Shown here piece after piece: positions 48,064 to 57,016 of a DNA stretch of 64,000 nt. Made by a program: the position numbers and the translations under genes. Under the pieces are notes generated by a model. That model was not told the DNA's origin and did not search any database. It saw only the letters and a list, made by a program, of their open reading frames with translations. The stretch's first letter is position 1. Each line of letters opens with the position of its first letter. The DNA is from Thermodesulfobacteriota bacterium (GTDB lineage Bacteria; Desulfobacterota; Binatia; Bin18), in the NCBI GenBank assembly GCA_964291405.2, contig OZ219926.1, positions 1,280,001 to 1,344,000 of the forward strand, in the 5' to 3' direction.

Positions 48064-48729
48064 TCAGTCGCCACCCGCCCACGTGCCAGGTCCAGTCAGA
48101 TTCGGAGGCAGCACAGCTCTCTGGGCATCTGCTGGCGTGGTCAGTTCCCGGGCGAGCGTATTTTGCGGCACAACACGTTTGCGATAAATATCAACCTTCC
48201 ACGCTGCTTCATGAACCCCCTTGCTGTCCGCATACGTAAAACGAACCCAGCGTCCACCCGGCGCTTCAAAGATATTAAAATATTGGCTCAACGTCTCAGC
48301 GAGGCGGTCGGTCTGAGACTGTAGACCAGCCTCCCACATCCTCCAAGACCAAGCATTGCCAGCTTGTCCCGACTCTCGCGCTTTGTGATCAACGTTTGAG
48401 ACGACGCTGAAATAGCCTTCACTAGGCGCATAGCTTTTGACCAAGCGAATCGCTTGTTCTTCTTTGGCGGTCATTGGCCGCTCACCACAGGCAGTTCCAA
48501 AGAAACTCAGCAGCAGAAATACAAATGGAAGTACTCCTAACCGAGACTCTGAACGTCGTCGAGAGAGACTCTCTTCTTGTTGCTGAGAACGGTGTTTTCG
48601 ACGGGATGGGGGAGGAAGAAGATCGGCAAAAATATCGTTAGCGATCTGTCTGACATCGCGCTCTTTCCTCTCAGTCGGACTACCTGTTTTCTGATATAGA
48701 CGGTCTACAGATACTTTCATCGACGGCAT
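48064..48729 (-). CDS. hypothetical protein, probable lipoprotein or membrane-anchored
   Basis: Hydrophobic stretch ending FGTAC (lipobox-like); start uncertain. Confidence 0.55.
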   Translation of the reverse strand: MPSMKVSVDRLYQKTGSPTERKERDVRQIANDIFADLLPPPSRRKHRSQQQEESLSRRRSESRLGVLPFVFLLLSFFGTACGERPMTAKEEQAIRLVKSYAPSEGYFSVVSNVDHKARESGQAGNAWSWRMWEAGLQSQTDRLAETLSQYFNIFEAPGGRWVRFTYADSKGVHEAAWKVDIYRKRVVPQNTLARELTTPADAQRAVLPPNLTGPGTWAGGD

Positions 48730-48758
48730 AGTAACCCCCCTCTTAAATTTTCTTTACA

Positions 48759-48800
48759 AAATTATTTCATACTGAAACAATTTGAATATGTCAACATATT
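48759..48800. promoter_or_regulatory. two adjacent palindromes, candidate MarR operators
   Basis: aaattatttca-tac-tgaaacaattt and aatatg-tcaa-catatt in the divergent AT-rich intergenic region. Confidence 0.55.
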
Positions 48801-48865
48801 ATGCTAGACGGGACCGACAGGAAGAGAGATAAAGTTCTCGTGTTAGAGAAACGGAGAGTAGGGAA

Positions 48866-49363
48866 ATGACAACAAGGGTCTCTCAGCTAGACGTGCAGAA
48901 TGATTTCCCGGCTGAGGCAACCGAGCTGTTCCTACCGATTCACTATAAGATCGGTATGGCTCTCGAAGATGTGCTGCGTTGCGACCAGTTGTCACGCAAG
49001 CAGGTTGCCATCCTGTGGCTGATGCGGTCAGAGCGAGAGGCCGATGGGCATATGCGCCGGAAAGACATTGAACGCCTCCTCGCGTCCTGGTTTGAAACCA
49101 GCAGTTCCACGATTACGCGTGCCCTACGCGACATGGCGAATGCACCGCTCAAACTCGTCCGCCTCGTTGAGGACCCAAACTCAGGTCGAGAGAAACAAGT
49201 CATTCTGACCCCAAAGGGAGAACGCTTCCTTCAGACAATGGAGGAAGAAGGGAAGAAGTTTCTCCGGCCCTTCATGGCTCAGATGCCGCCAGCGGAATCG
49301 AGAGAACTCTTTCGCCTCTTACGCAAGGGCGTTAGCCTCTTTGAGAAGGAGGCAAAACGTTGA
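48866..49363 (+). CDS. MarR family transcriptional regulator
   Basis: LSRKQVAIL, SSTITRAL and D.NSGREKQVILTPKG. Confidence 0.85.
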   Translation: MTTRVSQLDVQNDFPAEATELFLPIHYKIGMALEDVLRCDQLSRKQVAILWLMRSEREADGHMRRKDIERLLASWFETSSSTITRALRDMANAPLKLVRLVEDPNSGREKQVILTPKGERFLQTMEEEGKKFLRPFMAQMPPAESRELFRLLRKGVSLFEKEAKR

Positions 49364-49469
49364 TGTCTCAGGCAATTCTTCTGTCAAACATAGCGTAACG
49401 AGGGCGGGCCTGTTAGGGTAAAATCCTCTTTTCACCACCTATTCGCAAACAATCCAAAGGAGGAAAGGT

Positions 49470-50666
49470 ATGAGCGGCTATACGATTATTGATGTTGATA
49501 CGCATGTGACGGAGAGTCCGGACCTGTGGACGAGTCGAGCCCCGGAGAAGATGCGCGACCGGGTACCCCACGTCGAAACCGATAAAGACGGGCGTTTGTC
49601 CTGGTTTGTGGGGGGAGAGTCATTACTGGCCAACCCCGGTATGACCGCGACCGCAGGCCGCGGTAATATGCAGAATCCGCCCAAGAACTACGAGGAGATG
49701 CACCCAGGCGCGCATGATGCCCAGGAGCGACTCAAGTATATGGACCAGATGGGCATTTGGGCCATGGTGATGTATCCCAACGTCGGCGGGTTCGGCGCGC
49801 AGGAATTCTTAAAATTGAACGATCCTGAGCTGATGCTGACCTGTGTGCAAATCTATAACGACTGGCAGACCGAATGGGCCTCGGCCGACTCGCGGCGCTT
49901 GCTGCCCATCACCTCGTTGCCCTTCTGGGATGTCGATGCCGCGGTCACGGAAATACGACGGTGTGCCACCATGGGACACCGCGGTATCCTGTTCACCGGC
50001 GAGCCGCAGTTCTGGGGGCAACCCCTGCTCGGCGACCCGCACTGGAATCCCCTCTGGGAGGTCTCGATTGAGTTGAACCTGCCGATCAGCTTTCACATTG
50101 GGTCGGGCAATATGGAGCTGGGCCTGCTCAAGAACAAGATCGAGTCCTACGGCAAGATGGCGGCTTTTACCGAACTCTCCGTAGATGTCTTTTTGCGCAA
50201 CGGCATGCAGATGAACGACCTGATCATGTCCGGTGTATTGGCCCGCTACCCGGAGATTCAATTCATCTCGGTCGAGAGCGGCATTGGCTGGATTCCCTTT
50301 GTGCTCGAAGCGCTGGATTATCAGTTTCAGGACAACGGAGTCTCCAAGGACAATCCGGAGTTTGACATGCTGCCGTCCGAGTACTTCGCGCGTAATATCT
50401 ACGCCTGTTACTGGTTCGAGCAGACCGCGCCCCGGCGGCTGATCGACAAGGTTGGGGTGGATAATATTCTGTTTGAGACCGACTTTCCCCATCCGACGTC
50501 GCTCTATGGCGACGAGGTGCATAAACGGATCAAGGGTGGCTTGTCCGACTGTGAGGAGTCCGTCCGACGTAAGATTTTGTGGGACAATGCGCAGCAGCTC
50601 TATAAAGTCGAAGTCCCAACCGCACAGGACGAGGCCAAACGCGAAACCGTAGCTGTGGCGGCATAA
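49470..50666 (+). CDS. amidohydrolase 2 family protein
   Basis: IDVDTHV, ISFHIG, VESGIGW and FETDFPHP. Confidence 0.9.
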   Translation: MSGYTIIDVDTHVTESPDLWTSRAPEKMRDRVPHVETDKDGRLSWFVGGESLLANPGMTATAGRGNMQNPPKNYEEMHPGAHDAQERLKYMDQMGIWAMVMYPNVGGFGAQEFLKLNDPELMLTCVQIYNDWQTEWASADSRRLLPITSLPFWDVDAAVTEIRRCATMGHRGILFTGEPQFWGQPLLGDPHWNPLWEVSIELNLPISFHIGSGNMELGLLKNKIESYGKMAAFTELSVDVFLRNGMQMNDLIMSGVLARYPEIQFISVESGIGWIPFVLEALDYQFQDNGVSKDNPEFDMLPSEYFARNIYACYWFEQTAPRRLIDKVGVDNILFETDFPHPTSLYGDEVHKRIKGGLSDCEESVRRKILWDNAQQLYKVEVPTAQDEAKRETVAVAA

Positions 50667-50722
50667 CACGCAAGAGCAGCGCGATAGCATGTCACAATTC
50701 CGTGGTGTCAGGGAGGGAACAC

Positions 50723-51859
50723 ATGGGACGCACGTATAATGCGATCGATTCGGATGGTCATGTCCTCGAACCGCGCAATTTCTGGCGAGAGTATATTGAC
50801 CCGCAGTATCACGATCGGGCGCCTGAGCTGATCGTCGATGGCGACGGAAAAGAGCGCTTTCAGATAGAGGGGAAATTGCTCGGCCCGCCATCCGGCCTTG
50901 GATTGATCGGAGCGATTGGCGAGCGCGAAAAGATCGACGGCAAGTGGGTTCACGCGCCGAAAGTGTCCCTCAAAATGGCCTATACCGAGGGCCGGGCGGG
51001 CGGCTTTGATCCGCACGCCCGGATTCCGGATATGGACCTGGACGGCATTGACGCCGCCTTTCTGTATCCCAGCCTGGGTCTCTTTGCCGGGGCGATTGAG
51101 GACCCTCAACTCGCCGCCGCGGCCAGCCGGGCTTATAACCGCTGGCTGGCCGATTACTGCGCCCCCTACCCGGACCGGCTGTTTGGCGTAGCTATGCTGC
51201 CCATGCAGTCGATCGAGCTGGCGGTGGAAGAGATGCGGTATGCGCGCAACGAACTCGGCATGCGGGCCGGTTTTCTGCGGCCCAATCCGTATAACGACAA
51301 AATGCTCGGCCACCGGGACTACGACGTGTTCTGGGCCGAAGCCCAAGACCTCGACTTTTCGGTCGGCATCCACGAAGGAACCGGTGGCATGCCCGCCGTC
51401 GGGGTGGAGCGTTTTCGGAGCTTTGGGGCCAAGCACATGGTGTCGCACACCATGGAGATGATGCTGGCCGCGCTCTCGATCATCTGGGACGGTGTATGCG
51501 AGCGCTTCCCCAGGGTGCGGATCGGTTTTCTGGAGTCAGGCGGGGGGTGGATGGCCCCCTGGCTGGACCGTATGGACCGCCACTTTGAGGATAAAGGGCT
51601 GTTCAACGATTCCTCGCTGACCATGCCGCCCAGCGAGTATTTCAAGCGTCAGTGCTGGATTTCGTATGAACCGGTGGAGGGCAACCTCACTCATCTGGTG
51701 GACTATATCGGTCCGCACAAAGTCCTGTGGGCGACCGACTATCCCCATCCGGACGGTTTCTTTCCAGGGGCACCGGAACAGATTGCCGAGAAGCTGCCGG
51801 ACAAACATCGGCACGCGGTGTTGGCCGGGGGCGCTATGCAATTTTACAATTTGAGTTAG
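50723..51859 (+). CDS. amidohydrolase 2 family protein
   Basis: IDSDGHV, GIHEG, LESGGGW and WATDYPHPD. Confidence 0.9.
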   Translation: MGRTYNAIDSDGHVLEPRNFWREYIDPQYHDRAPELIVDGDGKERFQIEGKLLGPPSGLGLIGAIGEREKIDGKWVHAPKVSLKMAYTEGRAGGFDPHARIPDMDLDGIDAAFLYPSLGLFAGAIEDPQLAAAASRAYNRWLADYCAPYPDRLFGVAMLPMQSIELAVEEMRYARNELGMRAGFLRPNPYNDKMLGHRDYDVFWAEAQDLDFSVGIHEGTGGMPAVGVERFRSFGAKHMVSHTMEMMLAALSIIWDGVCERFPRVRIGFLESGGGWMAPWLDRMDRHFEDKGLFNDSSLTMPPSEYFKRQCWISYEPVEGNLTHLVDYIGPHKVLWATDYPHPDGFFPGAPEQIAEKLPDKHRHAVLAGGAMQFYNLS

Positions 51860-51919
51860 GACCTGCGGTCCCGGAGAGCTAGAGCAATTCACGGTTCCGT
51901 ATAGCCCGCCGTTCCCTTC

Positions 51920-51971
51920 CGTAGGGTGCATCCCATGCACCAGCTTCCTGGTGCGCAGGGCGCACCCTACG
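51920..51971. repeat. GTAG-type REP doublet (REPIN-like palindrome)
   Basis: cgtagggtgc...gcaccctacg terminal inverted repeat with inner gcaccag/ctggtgc arms. Confidence 0.7.
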
Positions 51972-52100
51972 AGAGTCTGGGCCGGGAGTATACTGGTATC
52001 GCTACAACCTATCCTGAAACGCGCTAACTGCGATGGAGCCGCCCTCATGAATCTGCTGCAAATTCACAATTTATAGGATGTGGACGCCACCTCGTCGTCA

Positions 52101-52337
52101 CTACCCAGCTATCCGTAGTGCATCTGCCAGGGCTTGGGGGATTTCGAGCGGGAAAAATCGGTCGGCTGCATAACCATAATCTTCTCCGCTCTCGTCAATA
52201 ACGCGAATGTATCCGTGAGAGGCAGCTTCCTCATCCGGAATGACTCGATACAATTTCCCTACCTCCAACGACGCTTTGTAGTCCTCGTTGCTGATACAGA
52301 CCGCGAAGCGAGACGTTTTTACGATCTTCTCTTTCAT
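52101..52337 (-). CDS. small conserved hypothetical protein
   Basis: FAVCISNEDYKASLE..K.Y...RVIDESGEDY pattern recognised from uncharacterised small proteins (from memory). Confidence 0.7.
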   Translation of the reverse strand: MKEKIVKTSRFAVCISNEDYKASLEVGKLYRVIPDEEAASHGYIRVIDESGEDYGYAADRFFPLEIPQALADALRIAG

Positions 52338-52409
52338 GGCTTATCTGGAATGTTTTCTGAATATATGGAGGTTGAAATATACAGCCAAGAGCGTTATTAT
52401 TCCTAACGT

Positions 52410-52622
52410 ATGAGAAAGTATTTCACAACAGGAGAGGCTGCCGAATACCTTGGTGTTACACCCTCACGAGTGCGTCAGTATATCGTTGAGGAACGCCTCG
52501 AATCTGAAAAATACGGCAGGGATCATATGATTCAGGAGAGCACCCTGGCCGAATTTGCAAAACACGGAAAAAAGAAGCGGGGCCGACCCAAAAAACAACA
52601 GCAAAACTCACGAATGCGCTGA
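52410..52622 (+). CDS. excisionase-like HTH DNA-binding protein with AT-hook-like tail
   Basis: FTTGEAAEYLGVTPSRVRQY (HTH_17/MerR-like) and KKRGRPKK. Confidence 0.8.
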   Translation: MRKYFTTGEAAEYLGVTPSRVRQYIVEERLESEKYGRDHMIQESTLAEFAKHGKKKRGRPKKQQQNSRMR

Positions 52623-52643
52623 GAGCATTTCAGGCTGCAAAAA

Positions 52644-53531
52644 ATGACGACAGCCCTTCAAACAACCGCCAAGACCAGCATAGCCCTACCAACTCGGCAG
52701 CATCCAGTTGTGACGCTGCATGGGGATACGCGTGACCTCATTCGACAACTCCCAGACGAGACGTTTCAATGCGCCATCACGTCACCACCGTATTGGGGTG
52801 TCAGAGACTATGGCACTGAAAATCAGATTGGTGCCGAGCCGGACTTATCCCAGTATATTGAACATCTTGTCGGCGTCTTTCGTGAAGTCCGCAGGGTGCT
52901 GAAGCCTGATGGTACATTCTGGCTCAATATCGGTAATACCTACTCGTCTGGTGGCAGGAAATGGCGAGATGCTGATGATAAAAATAAGGGTCGGGCCATG
53001 TCGTACCGCCCACCAACCCCGCCCGGACTGAAGAAGAAGGACTTGATTGGGGTCGCTTGGTTATTAGCCCTGGAATGTCAAAAAGACGGCTGGTATCTGC
53101 GGAATGATATTATCTGGCACAAGCCCAATTGCCAGCCTGAAAGCGTCAAGGACAGGTTCACGGTTTCCCACGAATATCTGTTCATGTTTTCAAAATCCGA
53201 GCGGTACTATTTTGACCAGGAGGCAATTAAGGAGAACACGACAAACGGCAATGGCCGGAAAAACAGGCGGACGGTCTGGTCGATCAATACGGAGCCCTGC
53301 CCAGAGGCGCATTTTGCGGTCTTTCCCAGAGCCTTGATTCGCCCCTGCATTGTTGCTGGCAGTCGGAAAGACGATATTATTCTCGATCCTTTTTATGGGG
53401 CCGGCACGGTTGGGATTGTGACAAAAGAACTCGGACGGCGGTGTATCGGCATAGAACTGAATCGTGAGTATCTGGACATCGCAGAGCGGAGGGCAGCAAT
53501 GGTGCAAGCGGCCCTCATTCCTGAGGTATAA
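52644..53531 (+). CDS. amino-DNA methyltransferase (N4-cytosine, beta class; M.SmaI-like)
   Basis: TSPPYW catalytic motif before the DPFYGAGT SAM-binding motif. Confidence 0.92.
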   Translation: MTTALQTTAKTSIALPTRQHPVVTLHGDTRDLIRQLPDETFQCAITSPPYWGVRDYGTENQIGAEPDLSQYIEHLVGVFREVRRVLKPDGTFWLNIGNTYSSGGRKWRDADDKNKGRAMSYRPPTPPGLKKKDLIGVAWLLALECQKDGWYLRNDIIWHKPNCQPESVKDRFTVSHEYLFMFSKSERYYFDQEAIKENTTNGNGRKNRRTVWSINTEPCPEAHFAVFPRALIRPCIVAGSRKDDIILDPFYGAGTVGIVTKELGRRCIGIELNREYLDIAERRAAMVQAALIPEV

Positions 53532-54282
53532 AAAATTCCCACTGCGCGTGCACTCGACAAGCATCTTTACTCAAGTTCTTGATCTGTAATTTCCTCTCAC
53601 CTCCGCCGTCAAAATACAGACTGAAAATAATCTGGCCGTCCTCATTACGAACGTAACAGTAGCCGGGCTTTGGAAACTGTTTGCTGCCTAGTTTCATTTC
53701 CAACTGACCGCCATTGGCGAGCCTGAGGATATCTATCGGGATTTCAACAAGTTCATATTTCCAGCGCGGGGCCTTTCTGACAGCCCGGAGACTCAGTATC
53801 TTCTCATAGCGCTCCAGATGGTTGAGAAACTGGATACGCAACCCTTCAAGGTCACTGGGGGCATCGCCCCAATCTCCTCTCCCCAATTCCATGAATTTAC
53901 TGATCCATAAGACGTTTTCCCTAATATTTTTATCCGCCTGCGTTTTCAGCGAGAATTGGACTCCATCAACGGTAGCGTCATGGCCCGGATTGCCTTTTGG
54001 GGCGAGTTCCGCCTCATGGCCGCTCATCTTCAGGACATGGACGAGAACGTATTCAAACTTATCTTTACTGAATGGTTCTGACGAGAAACTATGATGAACC
54101 CGCAGGGCATCTCCAAAGTTTTGTAGGGTGGTCTCATCGAACAAGTCACTCCCACTTAGGATAAATCTGTGATCGGCAGAGAAAACAGAGACCACACGCT
54201 GAATCCAATGGAGTTGGCCGGCGGTCAATTCCGGGATTGAGCGCACTAAGGATTCTATAAGCTGTCGTTTATCGTTATTCAT
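53515..54282 (-). CDS. type II restriction endonuclease, SmaI-like
   Basis: NPGHD...SLKT, SKFMELG.G.W, YELVEIP, SKQ.PKPGY and FSLYFDGG.ERKLQIK match SmaI as I remember it; convergent with an m4C MTase as in smaIRM. Confidence 0.82.
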   Translation of the reverse strand: MNNDKRQLIESLVRSIPELTAGQLHWIQRVVSVFSADHRFILSGSDLFDETTLQNFGDALRVHHSFSSEPFSKDKFEYVLVHVLKMSGHEAELAPKGNPGHDATVDGVQFSLKTQADKNIRENVLWISKFMELGRGDWGDAPSDLEGLRIQFLNHLERYEKILSLRAVRKAPRWKYELVEIPIDILRLANGGQLEMKLGSKQFPKPGYCYVRNEDGQIIFSLYFDGGGERKLQIKNLSKDACRVHAQWEFFIPQE

Positions 54283-54322
54283 TCTTTTTCAGAGCTATCC
54301 ATCAGAGAGAATTGGCTCGCGC

Positions 54323-55543
54323 TCACGCCGGGCCGCTGCGCAGAATCTGCTTGCGTTCCAACTCTTGCACCTGCTCCGGCGTATAGCCGAGCCATTGGGT
54401 CAGGATTTCCCCGTTATGCTCGCCCAGTGTCGGGGCTTGCAGCTCAAGGGTCTGGGGAAATTCCGAAAACCGGAGCGCGAATCCCGGCACCTCCATCTCA
54501 CCGAGGAAGCGGTCATGGACCGTTCGGACCGTTCCCCGCTGGCGCAGATGCGGATGCTGGAGGGCCTCGGGTACGGATAGAATGGGCGCAACCGGCACAT
54601 GGTACTCCTTCAGCGTCGCAATGGCTGCATCATCGCTCGGCTGAGAGCGGAGCCAGACCTCAATGGTCCCCACCAATTCGTCCAGATGATTCATACGCGC
54701 CTCGTTGTCGGTAAAGCGCGGGTCCCGCGCCAACTCCGGCTGCCCCATTGCCTCGCACAGCCTGGTCCAGTGCTGCTCCAGGGGCGCAATCAAAATCATA
54801 TAGCGCTCGTGCCCCTTGAACACGCCAGCGGGAGCTGCGTACCACGAATGCGCTCCCGAACGGGTCGGGTTTATTTTTCCTTTGCTCAGGCTGTACATCT
54901 GAAAGCTGGCCTCATGGTAGTGCGCATAGGTATCGAGCAACGCCAGGTCCAAATGCTGTCCGCGCCCAGTTCGCTCGCGGTATAACAACGCTGCGCAGAC
55001 CGCGCCCATGGCATGCGCTCCGGTGGAGACATCGCCCAGGGCCACCATCGGGAATATGGGCGGGCCGTCCTTTTCGCCACCCATCGAAGTGACGCCTGAG
55101 TAGGCCGCGCCCACCCAGTCGAAACCGGGTTCGTGGGCGAGCGGTCCGGTCTGCCCAAAAGCGGAAATCGAGCACATCACCAGCCGGGGATTGATCTGAC
55201 TCACAACATCGTAGCCGAGACCCAGACGGCCAATGACTCCGGGGGCATAGTTCTCGACCAGCACATCGACTTTCTCGACCAGTTCTTTGAGAATGGCCAG
55301 CCCCTCCGGTGTTTTAGCGTCAATACATAAGTCCTTCTTGCCGCGGTTGTGCTGGACAAAATAGCCGCTCCGACCGTCAACTATAACCGGCCCTATGCGT
55401 GCGCCGTCGCCCGCCGGCGCCAATTCCACCTTGATCACCTCGGCTCCCATTTCCGCCAGCATCAGCGTACAGGTCGGTCCTGCCACGATCTGGGTGAAAT
55501 CCAACACCTTGTAGCCATCCAGCACGTGCTTCGGCTGATTCAT
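54323..55543 (-). CDS. family III CoA-transferase (CaiB/BaiF)
   Basis: LDGYKVLDF, AGP, GAEVIKVE, NRGKK and APTLGEHN. Confidence 0.92.
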   Translation of the reverse strand: MNQPKHVLDGYKVLDFTQIVAGPTCTLMLAEMGAEVIKVELAPAGDGARIGPVIVDGRSGYFVQHNRGKKDLCIDAKTPEGLAILKELVEKVDVLVENYAPGVIGRLGLGYDVVSQINPRLVMCSISAFGQTGPLAHEPGFDWVGAAYSGVTSMGGEKDGPPIFPMVALGDVSTGAHAMGAVCAALLYRERTGRGQHLDLALLDTYAHYHEASFQMYSLSKGKINPTRSGAHSWYAAPAGVFKGHERYMILIAPLEQHWTRLCEAMGQPELARDPRFTDNEARMNHLDELVGTIEVWLRSQPSDDAAIATLKEYHVPVAPILSVPEALQHPHLRQRGTVRTVHDRFLGEMEVPGFALRFSEFPQTLELQAPTLGEHNGEILTQWLGYTPEQVQELERKQILRSGPA

Positions 55544-55763
55544 TGTGCCCTCCAAAAGTTTTATACTGCCCCCATACCAGCCCAGGGCAGAGAGGCAAGA
55601 GGAGGCAGCAGAGCCACATCAGATATGCTTGTGTTCAACGTCACTCTTGTTCTCATCTGCTCAATATGCCAAGAACTGACCGTGGTCAGCCAATGAGCAC
55701 GCCCGTTCGACCTCGTGCCATTCTGGAGGAGGTAGAACCCGGGCAATTCATAGGAACGGACGT

Positions 55764-56909
55764 ATGGACCTCGTCACCACCGCGCTCGAACTGCAACCCA
55801 TAATCCGGAAATATCTCGACAAGGGAGAGCAGGAAGCCAGACTGGCAAACGAAGTATTCGCCGCGGTCGGTCAGGCCGGGCTCTTCAGACTCTTCGCCCC
55901 GCACGAAGTCGGTGGCCTGGAAGCCTCCCCGGCTGTCGCGCTCGCCGCTATTGAGGCAGTCAGTGCCGCCGACCCGGCCGTTGGCTGGTGTATCGGAAAT
56001 TCTCAACCCGCTTGCTTGGCTGCCGGCTGGCTGGCTGAGGGCGAACGGGCGCAACTCTTTGCTGAGCCGAATCGCAACTTCGGCTTCTCAGCGGCACCGG
56101 CCGGACGTGCCGTTGCGGAAAACAACGGCTATCGCCTCAGTGGTCAGTGGCCGGTTGTGACGGGCTGTGAGGATGCTAGCTGGTGCGCCCTGGCGGGTCT
56201 CGTCATGGATGGGGATACGCCGCGCCAAGTAGATGGCGTACCCGATGGACGGCTTTTCCTGATTCCAACGGCGGACATTGTCATCTCTCCTACCTGGCAG
56301 GGGGCTGTGGCCATGCGTGGAACCGGCAGTAATGCGGTGAGTGTCGATAAGGTCTTCGTGCCTGAGGGCTTTGCCCATACTCCGGCGAAGCCACGCGTGA
56401 TTGACCGTCCCTTGTATCGCCTCCCACTCCCGTTGTTGTTTGCGCCCGCCGGTACTGCCGTCGCCCTGGGAGCCTTGGACACCGCCGTGGCAAGTGCCAG
56501 AGAAGCGCTGGGAGCAAAGGTCTCCTCCTTTAGCGGGCAGACGGTCCGTGACCAAACGCCGATTCAGGAGCTGATTGCTCACAGCAGCGCCGCATTACGG
56601 GCGGCCCGAGCAGGACTTTTGGCTGCAACAAACGCCGTCTGGGATCTGGTCAAGACTGGTTCTGAGGTCCCGCTGCCGCTCCGGGCGGAACTGTACGCCT
56701 CCGCTTTCTATGTCCTGGACACGGCGCGGGATACCGTCAGCCAGCTGTACGCCCGGGGGACGCGCGCAGGGTTTATGCAGGGCAACCCACTGGAACGGGC
56801 TCTCAGGAATCTCCACGCTATCGCCTTTGGCTATGAATCCTCGCGTGGCATTCAGCATTCTGCTGGGCGGGTATTACTCGGCGGCGCACCGCTCGACCCA
56901 CTGTTCTGA
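55764..56909 (+). CDS. acyl-CoA dehydrogenase-fold flavin-dependent hydroxylase (HsaA-like)
   Basis: GYRLSGQWPVVTGC, W....MRGTGSN and PLERALRNLH. Confidence 0.85.
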   Translation: MDLVTTALELQPIIRKYLDKGEQEARLANEVFAAVGQAGLFRLFAPHEVGGLEASPAVALAAIEAVSAADPAVGWCIGNSQPACLAAGWLAEGERAQLFAEPNRNFGFSAAPAGRAVAENNGYRLSGQWPVVTGCEDASWCALAGLVMDGDTPRQVDGVPDGRLFLIPTADIVISPTWQGAVAMRGTGSNAVSVDKVFVPEGFAHTPAKPRVIDRPLYRLPLPLLFAPAGTAVALGALDTAVASAREALGAKVSSFSGQTVRDQTPIQELIAHSSAALRAARAGLLAATNAVWDLVKTGSEVPLPLRAELYASAFYVLDTARDTVSQLYARGTRAGFMQGNPLERALRNLHAIAFGYESSRGIQHSAGRVLLGGAPLDPLF

Positions 56910-57016
56910 ACGGAGATGCCACGTGTCCGCTTTCGTGGCTGGGTCGTGCCACTCGAAACCAGCACGGGGATGCGATATATCTAGGCAACAAAGGACACCT
57001 ATTAAGGAGGGGGACT

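Noticed and set aside
48731-48760. Third copy of the ECF promoter (GTAACCC)
   Set aside because: No GTGTCT at the 15-nt spacing.
49809-50891. Long antisense ORFs (also 5610..6410, 34729..35736, 43516..44241, 40291..41085)
   Set aside because: They are shadows of well-supported genes on the opposite strand, expected with GC-rich codon usage, and carry no motifs.
52410-52622. Prophage or integrative element signalled by the excisionase-like gene
   Set aside because: No integrase, att-like repeats, tRNA target or phage genes in the window.
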